Origin: Mobula hypostoma
Lineage: Eukaryota
Length of the DNA: 64,000 nucleotides
Direction of reading: 5' to 3'
NCBI RefSeq assembly: GCF_963921235.1
Contig: NC_086097.1
Coordinates: forward strand, 1,736,001 to 1,800,000
A program made the translations under genes and the position numbers. Under the pieces are notes generated by a model. It made no database searches, was not told the DNA's origin, and saw only the letters and a list, made by a program, of their open reading frames with translations. This document shows positions 25,975 through 39,009 of the stretch, piece after piece (position 1 is the first letter of the stretch; every line of letters starts with the position of its first letter).

Positions 25975-26919
25975 CTTGTCTTCACCCAGCCAGATTCAAG
26001 GAGAACCTGATCATTAAATTTGCAGACGATACCACAGTGGTGGGGCTCATCAGCAAAAATGCTGTAACTATGTACAGGGAGGAGGTCAAACACCTAGAGA
26101 GCTGGTGCAGGGATAACAACTTGATGCTTAATGTCACCAAAACCAAGGGGATGATCGTCGATTTCAGACGGTCTCAGCCTAAGCACACACCCCTCAGCAT
26201 CAGCGTCTCCACAGTGGAGAGAGTGGAAAACATCAAGTTCCTTGGGGCGCAGATCTCGGACAATCTCATCTGGTCCAGGAACACCACTGGGATTGTGAAA
26301 CGGGCCCAGCAGGGATTGCACTTTCTGAGGAAGCTTAAACAAGCATCACTCCCCACTAATATCTTAACTACATTCTACAGAGGCGTGGTTGAGAGTGTGC
26401 TGACCTTTTGCATCACAACCTGGTACTCCAGCTGCAGTGCTGTCGACAAAAAAGCCTTGCAGAGGGTGGTTAGGGGAGCAGAGAAGGTTATTGGGGACTC
26501 CCTACCTTCTGTCCAAGACCTCTTTCAGAGTCGATGCCTCCAGAAGACACGGTACATCATTAAAGACCCCTCACACCCTCTCCATGAACTGTTTGTTCTT
26601 CTGCCATCAGGCAAACGTTACAGGAGCATCAAAACTAAACTACAAGGCTACTAAACAGCTTCCTCCCACAGGCAGTCAGACTGCTAAATAGCTGCTCCAC
26701 CTGACTCTGCTTTGGACACTTTTAACTTGCACTGGACACTTATAACTGATTTTAACTGACACGTGGCTGTTGTGTTTTACTACTTATTGTTATGTTTATT
26801 ATTTAGTGTTGTGTTTGTTATGTTATGATTGCACTGCTCCTGGGAAACGCTGTCTCGTTCTGCCCTGCAGAGCTGATGTACGATTAGAATGACAATAACG
26901 TTTTTTGAATCTTGAATCT
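25975..26919 (+). mobile_element. Rex1/Babar-like LINE 3' portion
   Basis: KFADDTTVVGLI, LNVTKTK.MIVDFR, KFLG, ESVLTFCITTWY, DPSHP; (TTGAATC)n tail. Confidence 0.88.
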
Positions 26920-27135
26920 ACTTTCCTGGTAGCATCCTTGACAAATTGTATAAGATTGGTTAGACACAACCTACCACTCACAAAGCCATGCTGAATATTC
27001 CTACTCAGTTCCTGTCCATCCAAATACTCATATATCTAAACAACAGGAATTCTGCAGATGCTGGAAATTCAAGCAACATACATCAAAGTTGCTGGTGAAC
27101 GCAGCAGGCCAGGCAGCATCTCTAAGAAGAGGCGC

Positions 27136-27171
27136 AGTCGACGTTTCAGGCCAAGACCCTTCGTCAGGACT
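27136..27171 (-). ncRNA. Minimal type I hammerhead ribozyme (PLE terminus), intact core
   Basis: AGUC-CUGACGA-AGGGUCUUGGCCU-GAAA-C-GUC^GACU: stem I AGUC/GACU, conserved boxes, loop-less palindromic stem III ACGU. Confidence 0.75.
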
Positions 27172-28148
27172 AACTGAAGGAAGAGTGAGTAAGGGATTTG
27201 AAAGCTGGAGGGGGAGGGGGAGATCCAAAATGATAGGAGAAGACAGGAGGGGGAGGGATAGAGCCAAGAGCTGGACAGGTGATAGACAGAAGGGGATACG
27301 AGAGGATCATGGGACAGGAGGTCCGGGAAGAGAGACAAGGGGGGGGTGACCCAGAGGATGGGCAAGAGGTATATTCAGAGGGACAGAGGGAGAAAAAGGA
27401 GAGTGAGAGAAAGAATGTGTGCATAAAAATGAGTAACAGATGGGGTACGAGGGGGAGGTGGGGCCTTAGCGGAAGTTAGAGAAGTCGATGTTCATGCCAT
27501 CAGGTTGGAGGCTACCCAGACGGAATGTAAGGTGTTGTTCCTCCAACCTGAGTGTGGCCTCATCTCCACAGTAGAGGAGGCCGTGGACAGACATGTCAGA
27601 ATGGGAATGGGATGTGGAATTAAAATGTGTGGCCACTGGGAGATCCTGCTTTCTCTGGCGGACAGAGAAAGCAGGATCTCCCAGAGGCCACACATTTTAA
27701 TTCCACATCCCATTTCCATTCTGACATGTCCATCCACGGCCTCCTCTACTGTAAAGATGAAGCCACACTCAGGTTGGAGGAACAACACCTTACATTCCGT
27801 CTGGGTAGCCTCCAACCTGATGGCATGAACATCGACTTCTCTAACTTCCGCTAAGGCCCCACCTCCCCCTCGTACCCCATCTGTTACTCATTTTTATGCA
27901 CACATTCTTTCTCTCACTCTCCTTTTTCTCCCTCTGTCCCTCTGAATATACCTCTTGCCCATCCTCTGGGTCACCCCCCCCTTGTCTCTCTTCCCGGACC
28001 TCCTGTCCCATGATCCTCTCGTATCCCCTTTTGCCTATCACCTGTCCAGCTCTCGGCTCTATCCCTCCCCCTCCTGTCTTCTCCTATCATTTTGCATCTC
28101 CCCCTCCCCCTCCAGCTTTCAAATCCCTTACTCACTCTTCCTTCAGTT

Positions 28149-28184
28149 AGTCCTGACAAAGGGTCTCGGCCTGAAACGTCGACT
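28149..28184 (+). ncRNA. Hammerhead ribozyme copy with G8A core mutation
   Basis: AGTC-CTGACAA-AGGGTCTCGGCCT-GAAACGTC-GACT. Confidence 0.6.
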
Positions 28185-28714
28185 GCGCCTCTTCCTATAG
28201 ATGCTGCTTGGCCTGCTGCGTTCACCAGCAACTTTGATGTATGTTACTCATATATCTGGTCTCTTACAAAACCTTCCAATAACTTTCCCACAACTGGTGT
28301 CAGACTCACTGGCCTATAATTTCCTGGTTTATGTTTAGAGCCTTTCTTAAACAGTGGAACAATATTGGCCATCCTCCAATCCTCTGGTACTATTTCTGTT
28401 GCTTCGGGTGTTGTAAATATCTCTGCTAGAGCCCCAGCAATTTCTGTACTTGCCTCCTACAGATCCGGGGGAACACTTTATCAGGCCCTGGGGATTTATC
28501 CATCTTAATCTGCCTCAGGACAGCAAACACCTCCTCCTCTAATCTGTACAGAACTCATGAAGTTGATGCCACTTTGCCTCACCTCTATAGACTCTGTGTC
28601 CAATTGCCTCACTTCTGTAGATTCTGAGTCTGACTCCTGAGTAAACACAGATATAAACAATCCATTTAAGATCTCCCTCATCTCTTTTGGCTCCATACAT
28701 AGCTATCCATTCTG

Positions 28715-29660
28715 GATCGAATTGGCGTTATTTCTTACATCCTTCACATGCGTGAGGAGTAAAAATCTTTACGTCACATCTCAGTCTGAATGTGTAATGT
28801 GCAAATTATAGTAATTTGTAATAAATAGTATGTACAGTAAGATTGTATCAGTGAGAATTAATCAGTCTGATAGTCTGGTGGAAGAAGCTGTCCCTGGCTT
28901 CTTCCTGTTGGTCCTGGCTTTAGTGCTGTGGGACCGTTTCCCGGATGGTAGCAGAGGGAACAGATCATGGTTGGAGTGACTCGGGTCCCCAGTGATCCTT
29001 CAGGCCCTTTTTACGCACTGGTCTTTGTAAATGTTCTGAATAGTGTGAAGTTCACATCTACAGATGCGCTGGGCTGTCCGCACCACTCTCTGCAGAGACC
29101 TGCGATTGAGGGAGGTACAGTTCCCATACTAGGCAGTGATGCAGCCAGTCAGGATGCTCTCAATTGTGCCCCTGTAGAACATCCTTAGAATCTGGGGACT
29201 CATGGCAAACTTCCTCAACCACCTGAGGTGAACGAGGTGCTGTTGTGCTTTTTTCACCACACAGCCGGTACGTACAGACCACGTGAGATCCTCAGTGATG
29301 TGGATGCCAAGAAACTTAAAGCTGTTCACCCTCTCAGCCCCAGATCCATTGATGTCAATAGGGGCTAGCCTGCCTCCATTCCTCCTGTAGTCCACAACCA
29401 GCTCCTTTGTTTTTGCGACATTGAGGGAGAGGTTGTTTTCTTGACACCACTGTGTCAGGGTGATGACTTCTTCACTGTAGGCTGCCTCATTATTATTTGA
29501 GACAAGGCCAATCAGTGTAGTGTCATCTGAAAATTTCATTGGCAGATTGGAGCTGTGGGTGGTGACACAGTCATGGGTGTTCAGAGTGTAAAGGTGGGAG
29601 TTTAGGACACAGCCCCGAGGGGGTCAGAGGGGCAGAGGTGAGGGAGCCCACTCTTACCAC
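28715..29660 (-). mobile_element. Rex1/Babar-like LINE fragment
   Basis: KFSDDTTLIGLV..LNVAKTKELVVDYR..ESILTGCITA (ORF 29129-29539). Confidence 0.85.
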
Positions 29661-32600
29661 TCTGATCTTTCAGAGGACTAATTTTGTCCCTTGCAATCCT
29701 TTTGCTCTTAATATATCTGTAGAATCCCTTTGGATTCTCCTTCACCTTGTCTGCTAGGCAACTTCGTGCCTTCTTTTAGCCCTCCTGGTTTCTTTCTTGA
29801 GTTCTCTTGCATTTCTTGTACTCCATAAGCACCTCATTTGTTCCTTCCTGCCTGTACTGGCTATGCACCTCCGTTTTCTTCTTAACCAGGACCTCAATAT
29901 TTCTCAAAAACTAAGGTTCCCCACATCTGTTATGCTTGTTTTTTGTTCTGACAGGCACATTCAAGCTTTGTACTCTCAAAATTTCACTTTTGAAGGCCTC
30001 CTTCTTACCAAGCAGGCCTTTGCCAGAAAACAGCCTGTCCCAATCTATTTGCCAGATCCTTTCTGATACCATCAAAATTGGCCTTTCTCCAGATTAGAAT
30101 CTCAACCCGTCGACCAGATCCATCTTTTTCCATACAGTATTTACTCTGAATCTATGGCACAGTGATCATTGGATGCAAAGTGTTCCCCTACATAAACTTC
30201 TGTCACCTGCCCTGTCTCATTGTCCAATCGCAGATCAAGTATTGCACGTTTCGCAGGAACTCAGCTGTAACCAGCGCACTGATCGTGAGTTGGAGAGCTC
30301 CGAGAGAGGAGGCGGGGCACAGGTCCAGGAGCGAAGTTTGAAAAGGGGAAGCTTTGCGGGAACTTGGCTATAACTGGACCACCAATCGTGTGTTGAAGAG
30401 CAGGGAAGGTCCAGGCATAAAAGGGAGACACGGCCTAGCGGAACGATCATTGATGGAGTGTTCTGAGGCAGAGTGGTAGGGCTTTGGTTCATTTGGGCTT
30501 CAGCGAGGTAAGTGGGTGAGTGGACTTTGTTTTTTTTAGAGGAATAAAGAGTATGTCTGTAGGGTTAGTATTTTGCTCTGGGGGTCAGATGTGGGAATCT
30601 TCCAGTCTCCCAGATGGCCACATCTGCACCAGGTGCACTGAGATGCAGCTCCTGAGAGACCGTGTTAGGGATCTGGAGCTGCAGCTTCATGACCTACAGC
30701 TTATTAGGGAGAGTGAACAGGAGACAGAGAGGAGCTACAGGGAATTAGTCACCCCGAGGCTGCGAGTTAGACAAGTGAGTGACTGTCAGAGAAGGGATGG
30801 GAGGAGCTCAGACAGTAGAGAGCACCCCTGTGTCCATCCCCCTCAGCAATCGTTACCTCGTTTTGGATGCCATTGAGAGGGGGTGACCTGACAGAGGATG
30901 ACCATGGCGATCGGGTCTCTGGCACGGAGCCTGGTTCTGTGGTGCAGAAGGGAAAGAGGAAGATGAAGAATGTGGTAGTCATAAGGGATTCTATAGTGAG
31001 GGAAACAGACAGGAGGTTCTGTCAGCCTGATAGAGACTGTGTGATCTGAAATCTCCGGAGGGGAAGGTCCCAAATCCTTGGCTTTGCTTGTTGCTCGGCG
31101 GCCGGGGCAGGGTCGAAGCGCTCGGCAGAGTTGGTGCTTGGTGTCGGAGGGCTGGTCGGAGGTTCGAAGTTTTCGGACGGTCTCAGAGTCGGACTGTGGT
31201 CGGGTGCTTCCAGGATGCTTCATTGGCAAGTTTGTGGCGCTGGAAGCTCTTGGCAGGGAGAATTTCTCCCTTCTACCATCTGTGTGAGATGTTGGGGCTA
31301 TCGGGACTTTGAGACTTTTTTTTACCGTGCTAATGGTCTGCTCTTATCAAATTACGGTATTGCTTTGCACTGTTGTAACTATATGTTATAATTATGTGGT
31401 TTTGTCAGTTTTAGTCTTGGTCTGTCTTGTGTTTCTGTGATATCATACTGGAGGAACATTGTATCATTTTTTAATGCATGCATTTCTAAATGATAATAAA
31501 CGAGGACTGAGTGTCCTCATAATCTAATCTAATATGGTGTGTTGCCTCCCAGATGCCAGGGTACGGGATGTCTTTGATCCGATGCAGAGTATTCTGAAAG
31601 GACAGGGTGAACAGCCAGAAGTCTTGTTGCACGTTGATACCAATGACATAGGTAGAAAAAGTGAGGAGGTCCTGAAGAGAGAATTCAGGGAGTTGGGTAG
31701 GATCTCCAGGGTAGTAATCTCAGGGTTGCTGCCTGTGCCACGTGCTAACCAGTGCAAGAATAGCATGGTGGTGGTGGCATCCGTTAGTCCAATATCCTGG
31801 TGGGTAGGGAGGGTTTAAACTAATTTGGCAGGGGAATGGGAACCAGAGTGATAGGGCTGAGGAAGGGGAAAACAGAAATAAGTCAAAGATAGTGTGCAAC
31901 AGAGACGATAGAAAGGACGGGCAGGAGATGAGGCATAATCACAGCCAGTGGGATGATTTACAAGGTAATAGAGGCATGGGTGCAGTTAAAACAGAAAGCA
32001 ACAAAAATGTTATATTTGAACGCAGGCAGCATAAGAAATAAAATGGATGATCTTGAAATTTAGCTACAGATTGGCAAGTATTAAATTTGGTTAAAGGATG
32101 GCTGCCATTGGGAGCTGAACGTCCAAGGATATACGGTGTATCGGAAAGATAGGTTAGTAGGCAGAGGGGATGGTATGGCCCTGCGTATAAGAAATAATAT
32201 TAAATCATTAGAAAGGGAAGACATAGGATCAGAAGGTATAGAGCCTCGATAGATTGAGTTAAGAAATGGCAAGGGTAAAAGGACCCGAATGGCAGTTGTA
32301 TACAAGCCTCCAAACAGCAGCCATAATGTGGATTACAACTTACAGCAGGAGATAGAAAAGGCATGTCAGAAAGACAGTGTCATGATAATCATTGGGGATT
32401 TTAACATGAAAGTGGATTGGGAAAACCAGGCCAGTACTGGACCTCAAGAGAGAGAATTTGAAGAATATCTAAGGGATAACTTTTTAGAACAGCTTGTTGT
32501 TGAGCCCACTGGGGGATCGGCTGTGCTGAATTGGGTGTTGTGTAATGATCCGGAGGTGATAAGTGAGCTTAAGGTTAAGGAACCCTCAGAGAACAGTGAT

Positions 32601-32804
32601 CACAATATGATGGAGTTCACTTTGAAATTTGAGAAGGAGAAACTAAATTCCAATGCGATGGTATTTCAGTGGAATAAAGGAAACTACAATGGTATGAGAG
32701 GGGAACTAGCCAAGGTTGACTGGAAAGGGACACTGGCAGGAAGGACAGCAGAGCAGCAATGACTGTTTCTATGAAAAATAGGGAATGAGGGAAGTGCAAG
32801 ACAG

Positions 32805-35800
32805 ATATCTTGGAACAGATATTCTCACGGAAAGGTACGGAAGAAATGTGGCAAATGTTCTGGGAATATTTGTGTGGAGTTCTCCGTAGGTACATTCCAG
32901 GGAGGTTACGGTAGGGTACAGGAACCATGGTGTACAAAGGCTGTAGTAAATCTAGTCAAGAAGAAAAGAAAGGCATACGAAAGGTTCAGAGAGCTAGGTA
33001 ATGTTAGAGATCCGGAAGATTATAAGGCTAACACGAAGGAGCTTAAGAAGGAAATTAGGAGAGCCAGAAGGGGCCATGAGAAGGCATTGGCGGGCGGGAT
33101 TAAGGAAAACCCCAAGGCATTCTACAAGTATATGAAGAGCAAGAAGATAAGATGTGAAAGAATAGGACCTATCAGGTGTGTATGGAACCGGAGGAAATAG
33201 CAGAGGTACTTAATGAATACTTTACTTCAGTATTCAATATGGAAAAGGATCTTGGTGATTATGGTGATGACTTGCAGCAGACTGAAAAGCTTGAGCATAT
33301 AGATATTAAGAAAGAGGATGTGCTGGAGCTTTTGGAAAGCATCCAGTTGGATAAGTCGCTGGGACCGGATGAGATGTACACCAGGCTACTGTGGGAGGTG
33401 AGGGAGGAGATCGTTGAGCCTCTGGCAATGATCTGTGAATCATCAATGGGGACGGGAGAGGTTCCGAAGGATTGGAAGGTTGCGAATGTTGTTCCCTTAT
33501 TCAAGAAAGGGAGTAGAGGTAGCCGAGAAAATTATAGATCAGTGAATCTTACTTCAGTGGTTGGTAAATTGATGGAGAAGATCCTGAGAGGCAGGATTTA
33601 TGAACATTTGGAGACGCATAATATGATTAGGAATAGTCAGCATGGCTTTGTCAAGGGCAGGTCGTGCCTTACGAGCCTGATTGAATTTTTTGAGGATGTG
33701 TCTAAACACATTGATGAAGGTAGAGCAGTAGATGTAGTGTATATGTATTTTAGCAAGGCATTTGACAAGATACCCCATGCAAGGCTTAATGAGAAAGTAA
33801 GGAGGCATGGGATCCAAGAGGACATTGCTTTGTGGATCCAGATCTGGCTTGCCAACAGAAGGCAAAGAGTGCTTGTAGACGGGTCATATTCTGCATGGAG
33901 GTCGGTGACCAGTGGTATTCAGGAATCTGTACTGGGACCCTTACTCTTCGTGATTTTTATAAATGACCTGGATGAGGAAGTGGAGGGATGGGTTAGTAAG
34001 TTTGCTGATGACACAAAGGTTGGGGGTGTTGTGGATAGTATGGAGGGCTGTCAGAGGTTACAATGGGACATTGATAGGATCTAAAAATGGGCTGAGAAGT
34101 GGCATGTGGAGTTCAACCCAGATAAGTGTGAAGTGGTTCATTTTGGTAGGTCAAATATGATGGCAGAATATAGTATTAATGGTAAGACTCTTAGTACTGT
34201 GGAAGATCAGAGGAATAGAACCATAGAACCATAGAAACTACAGCACAGAAACAGGCCCTTTGGCCCTTCTTGGCTGTGCCGAACCATTTTCTGCCTAGTC
34301 CCACTGACCTGCACACGGACCATATCTCTCCATACACCTCCCATCCATGTATCTGTCCAATTTATTCTTAAATGTTAAAAAAGAACCCGCATTTACCACC
34401 TCGTCTGGCAGTTCATTCCATACTCCCACCACTCTCTGTGTGAAGAAGCCCCCCCTAATGTTCCCTTTAAACTTTTCCCCCCTCACCCTTAACCCATGTC
34501 CTCTGGTTTTTTTCTCCCCTTGCCTCAGTGGAAAAAGCCTGCTTGCATTCACTCTATCTATACCCATCATAATTTTATATACCTCTATCAAATCTCCCCT
34601 CATTCTTCTATGCTCCAGGGAATAAAGTCCTAACCTATTCAACCTTTCTCTGTAACTGAGTTTCTCAAGTCCCGGCAACATCCTTGTAGACCTTCTCTGC
34701 ACTCTTTCAACCTTATTTATATCCTTCCTGTAATTTGGTGACCAAAATTGAACACAATACTCCGGATTCGGCCTCACCAATGCCTTATACAACCTCATCA
34801 TAACATTCCAGCTCTTATGCTCAATACTTTGATTAATAAAGGCCCATGTACCAAAAGCTCTCTTTACGACCCTATCTACCTGTGACGCCACTTTTAGGGA
34901 ATTTTGTATCTGTAATCCCAGATCCCTCTGTTCCACTGCACTCCTCAGTGCCTTACCATTAACCCTGTATGTTCTACTTTGGTTTGTCCTTCCAATGTGC
35001 AATACCTCACACTTGTCAGTATTAAACTCCATCTGCCATTTTTCAGCCCATTTTTCCAGCTGGTCCAAGTCCCTCTGCAGGCTCTGAAAACCTTCCTCAC
35101 TGTCTACTACACCTCCAATCTTTGTATCATCAGCAAACTTGCTGATCCAATTTACCACATTATCATCCAGATCATTGATATAGATAACAAATAACAATGG
35201 ACCCAGCACTGATCCCTGTGGCACACCACTAGTCACAGGCCTCCACTCAGAGAAGCAATTCTCTACCACCACTCTCTGGCTTCTTCCATCAAGCCAATGT
35301 CTAATCCAATTTACCACCTCTCCATGTATACCTAGTGACTGAATTTTCCAAACTAACCTCCCATGCGGGACCTTGTCAAAGGCCTTACTGAAGTCCATGT
35401 AGACAATATCCACTGCCTTCCCTTCATCCACTTTCCTGGTAACCTCCTCGAAAAACTCCAACAGATTGGTCAAACATGACCTACCACGCACAAAACCATG
35501 TTGACTCTCCCTAATAAGTCCCTGTCTATCCAAATGCTTGTAGATTTTGTCTCTTAGTATTCCCTCCAATAGCTTACCTACTACTGACGTTAAACTCACC
35601 GGCCTATAATTTCCCGGATTACTTTTCGATCCTTTTTTAAACAACGGAACAACATGAGCCACTCTCCAATCCTCCGGCACTTCACCCGTAGACAGCGACA
35701 TTTTAAATATTTCTGCCAGGGCCCCCGCAATTTCAACACTAGTCTCCTTCAAGGTCCGAGGGAACACCCTGTCAGGTCCCGGGGATTTATCCACTTTAAT

Positions 35801-37022
35801 TTTCCTCAAGACAGCAAGGACCTCCTCCTTTTCAATCTGTACAGTTTCCATGGTCTCACTACTTGATTCCCTCAATTCCACAGATTTCATGCCAGCTTCC
35901 TTAGTAAATACAGAGCAAAAAACCCATTTAAGATCTCCCCCATTTCCTTTGGTTCTACACAAAGCCGACCACTCTGATCTTCAAGAGGACCAATTTTATC
36001 CCTTACAATCCTTTTGCTCTTAATATACTTGTAAAAGCTCTTTGGATTATCCTTCACTTTGACTGCCAAGGCAACCTCATGTCTTCTTTTAGCCCTCCTG
36101 ATTTCTTTCTTAAGTATTTTCTTGCACTTTTTATACTCCTCAAGCACCTGATTTACCCCCTGTTTCCTATACATTTCATATAATTCCCTCTTCTTCTTTA
36201 TCAGACTTGCAATATCCCTTGAGAACCAAGGTTCCTTATTCCTATTCAATTTGCCTTTAATCCTGACAGGAACATACAAACTCTGCACTCTCAAAATTTC
36301 CCCTTTGAAGGCTTCCCACCTACCAATCACACCTTTGAATCTTGGAGTCCAAGTCCATAGGACACTCAAAGCAGCTACGCAGGTTGACCCTGTGGTTAAG
36401 AAGGCGTACGGTGCATTGGCCTTCATCAATCGTAGAATTGAATTTAGGAGCCGAGAGGTAATGTTACAGCAGTATAGGACCCTGGTCAGACCCCAGTCGA
36501 AGTACTGTGCTCAGTTCTGGTTGCCTCACTACTGGAAGGATGTGGAAACCATAGAAAGGGTGCAGATGAGATTTACAAGGATGTTGCCTGGATTGGGGAG
36601 CATGTCTTATGAGAATAGGTTGAGTGAACTCGGCCTTTTCTCCTTGGAGCGATGGAGGATGAGAGGTGACCTGATAGAGGTGTATAAGATGATGAGAGGC
36701 ATTGATCGTGTGGATAGTCAGAGGCTTTTTCCCAGGGCTGAAATGGTTGCCACAGGAGGACACAGGTTTAAGGTGCTGGGGAGTAGGTACAGAGGAGATG
36801 TCAGGGGTAAGTTTTTTTACGCAGAGAGTGGTGAGTGTGTGGAATGGGCTGCTGGCAATGGTGGTGGAGGTGGATACGATAGGGTCTTTTAAGAGATTCC
36901 TGGACAGGTACATGGAGCTGAGAAAAATAGAGGGCTATGGGTAACCCTAGGTAATTTCTAAGTTAGGGACATGTTCAGAACAAATTTGTGGGCCGAAGGG
37001 CCTGTATTGTGCTGTAGGTTTT
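32805..37022 (+). mobile_element. Second CR1 family copy nested in the preceding CR1
   Basis: ORFs 32874-34084 and 36340-36944 form one RT split by a minus-strand CR1. Confidence 0.8.
34217..36336 (-). mobile_element. Young CR1 with open 555-aa RT ORF
   Basis: ORF 34295-35962; GAAT duplicated at 34213-34216 / 36337-36340; same family as 17823-19546 and 50842-53922. Confidence 0.95.
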
Positions 37023-39009
37023 AGAAATTTTCGAATGGAAGAAGGACACTACCGTGGCTGACAAGTGAAGTCAGAGCTAAAGTAAAAGCAAAAGAGAGGG
37101 CATACAAGAAATCCAAAGCTAGTGGGAAGATAGAGGATTGGGAAGCTTTTAAAAACTTGCAGGCGGCAACTAAGAAGGTTATTAGGAAGGAAAAGATGAA
37201 TTATGAAAGGAAGCTGGTGACTAATATCAAAGAAGATACTAAAAGCTTTTTTAAGTATATAAAGGGTAAAAGAGAGTTGAGGGTATATACAGGACCAATA
37301 GAAAATGACGATGGAGCTATTGTAGTGAGAGATGCAGAGATGGCAGTGGAACTGAATGTGTATTTTGCATCAGTCTTCACAGTGGAAGACACCTGCAGTA
37401 TACCAGACATTCAAGAGTGTCAGGGAAGTGAAGTTTGTGCAGTGAAAATTACGACTGATAAGGTGCTCAGGAAGCTTAATGGTCTGAGGGTGGATAAATC
37501 TCCTGGACCTGATGGAATGCACCCTCGGGTTCTGAAGGAAGTAGCTGGAGAGATTACAGAGGCACTAACAATGATCTTTCAAGAATAGATAGATTTTGCC
37601 ATTGTACCGGATGACTGGAAAATTGCCAAAGTTACTCCGCTATTTAAGAAGGGTGGGAGGCAGCAGAAAGGAAACTATAGACCTGTTAACCTGACATCAG
37701 TATTCGGGAAGTTGTTGGAATCGGTTGTTAGGGATGAGATTACAGAATACCTGGAGGCACGTGACAAGATGGTTTTATGAAAGGAAAATCCTGCCTGACT
37801 AACCTACTGCAATTCTTTGAGAAAATTACAAGCAGAGTAGACAAAGGAGATGCAGTAGATGTGATGTACTTGGATTTTCAAAGGCCTTTGACAAGGTGCT
37901 GCACATGAGCTGCTTAGCAAGATAAGAGCCCATGGAATTGCAGGGAAGTTACTAGTGTGGGTGGAGCATTGGCTGGTCGGCAGAAAACAGAGAGTGGGAA
38001 GAAAGGGATCCTATTCTGGCTGGCTGCCGGTTACCAATGGAGTTCCACAGGGGTCGGTGTTGGGACTGCTGCTTTTTACGATGTATGTCAATGATTTGGA
38101 CTATGGGATTAATGGATTTGTGGCTGAATTTGTCAATGATACACATATGGGTATTGTTGAAGAAACAGAAAGCCTGCAGAGAGACTTAGATAGTTTAGGA
38201 GAATGGGCAAAGAAGTGGCAAATGAAATATAATGTTGGAAAGTGTATGGTCATGCACTTTGGTGAAAGAAATAAACAGGCAGACTATTATTCAGATGGGG
38301 AGAGAATTGAAAATGCAGAGATGCAAAGGGACTCAGGAGTCCTTGTTCAGGATACCCTAAAGGTTAACCTCCAGGTTGAGTTGGTTGTGAAGAAGGTGAA
38401 TGCAATGTTGGCATTCATTTTTAGAGGTATGGAATACAAGAACAGAGATGTGATGTTGAGGCTCTATAAGACACTCGTGAGACTACACTTGGAGTATTGT
38501 GTGCAGTTTTGGGCTCCTTATTTTAGAGAGGATATACTGACATTGGAGAGGGTTCAGAGAAGATTCACGAGAATGATTTCATGAATGAAAAGGTTACTGT
38601 ATGAGGAACATCTGGGGGATCTCATAGAAACATTCTGAATGTTAAAAGACCTGAAAAGATTAGATATGACGAAGTTATTTTCCCTGGTAGGGGAGTCTAG
38701 GACAAGAGGGCACGACTTCAGGATTGAAAGACGCCCATTTAGAACAGAGATGCGGAGAAATTACTTTAGTCAGAGGTTGGTAAATCTGTGGAATTTGTTA
38801 CCATGAGCGGCTGTGGAGGCCAAGTCATTGGGTGTATTTAAGGAAGAGATAGACAGGTTCTTGATTAGCCAGGGCATCAAGGGGTATGGAGAGAAGGCAT
38901 GGGTTTGGGGATGACTGGAAAAATTGGATCTGCCCATGACTGAATGGCACAGCAGACTCGATGGGCTGAATGGCCTGCTTCTGCTCCTATATCTTATGGT
39001 CTTATCCCA

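Larger units (their letters stand above)
27038..28244. mobile_element. Penelope-like element 3' end inserted as a fold-back inverted repeat into a CR1
   Basis: 582-bp arms (27076-27657 / 27663-28244); GIY-YIG C-terminal peptide VATHFN..HS..RLEEQHLTFRLGSLQPDGMN; 13-bp TSD TACTCATATATCT (27025-27037 / 28245-28257). Confidence 0.92.
30250..39005 (+). mobile_element. Near full-length decayed CR1 (ORF1 zinc finger/leucine zipper + SGNH esterase, ORF2 APE-RT) containing nested insertions
   Basis: C..C..LLRDRVRDLELQL (30553-30720), VVVIRDSIVR, MVCCLP.ARV, APE 32000-32760; host ORF2 resumes at about 37025 through the 3' tail at about 39000. Confidence 0.8.
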
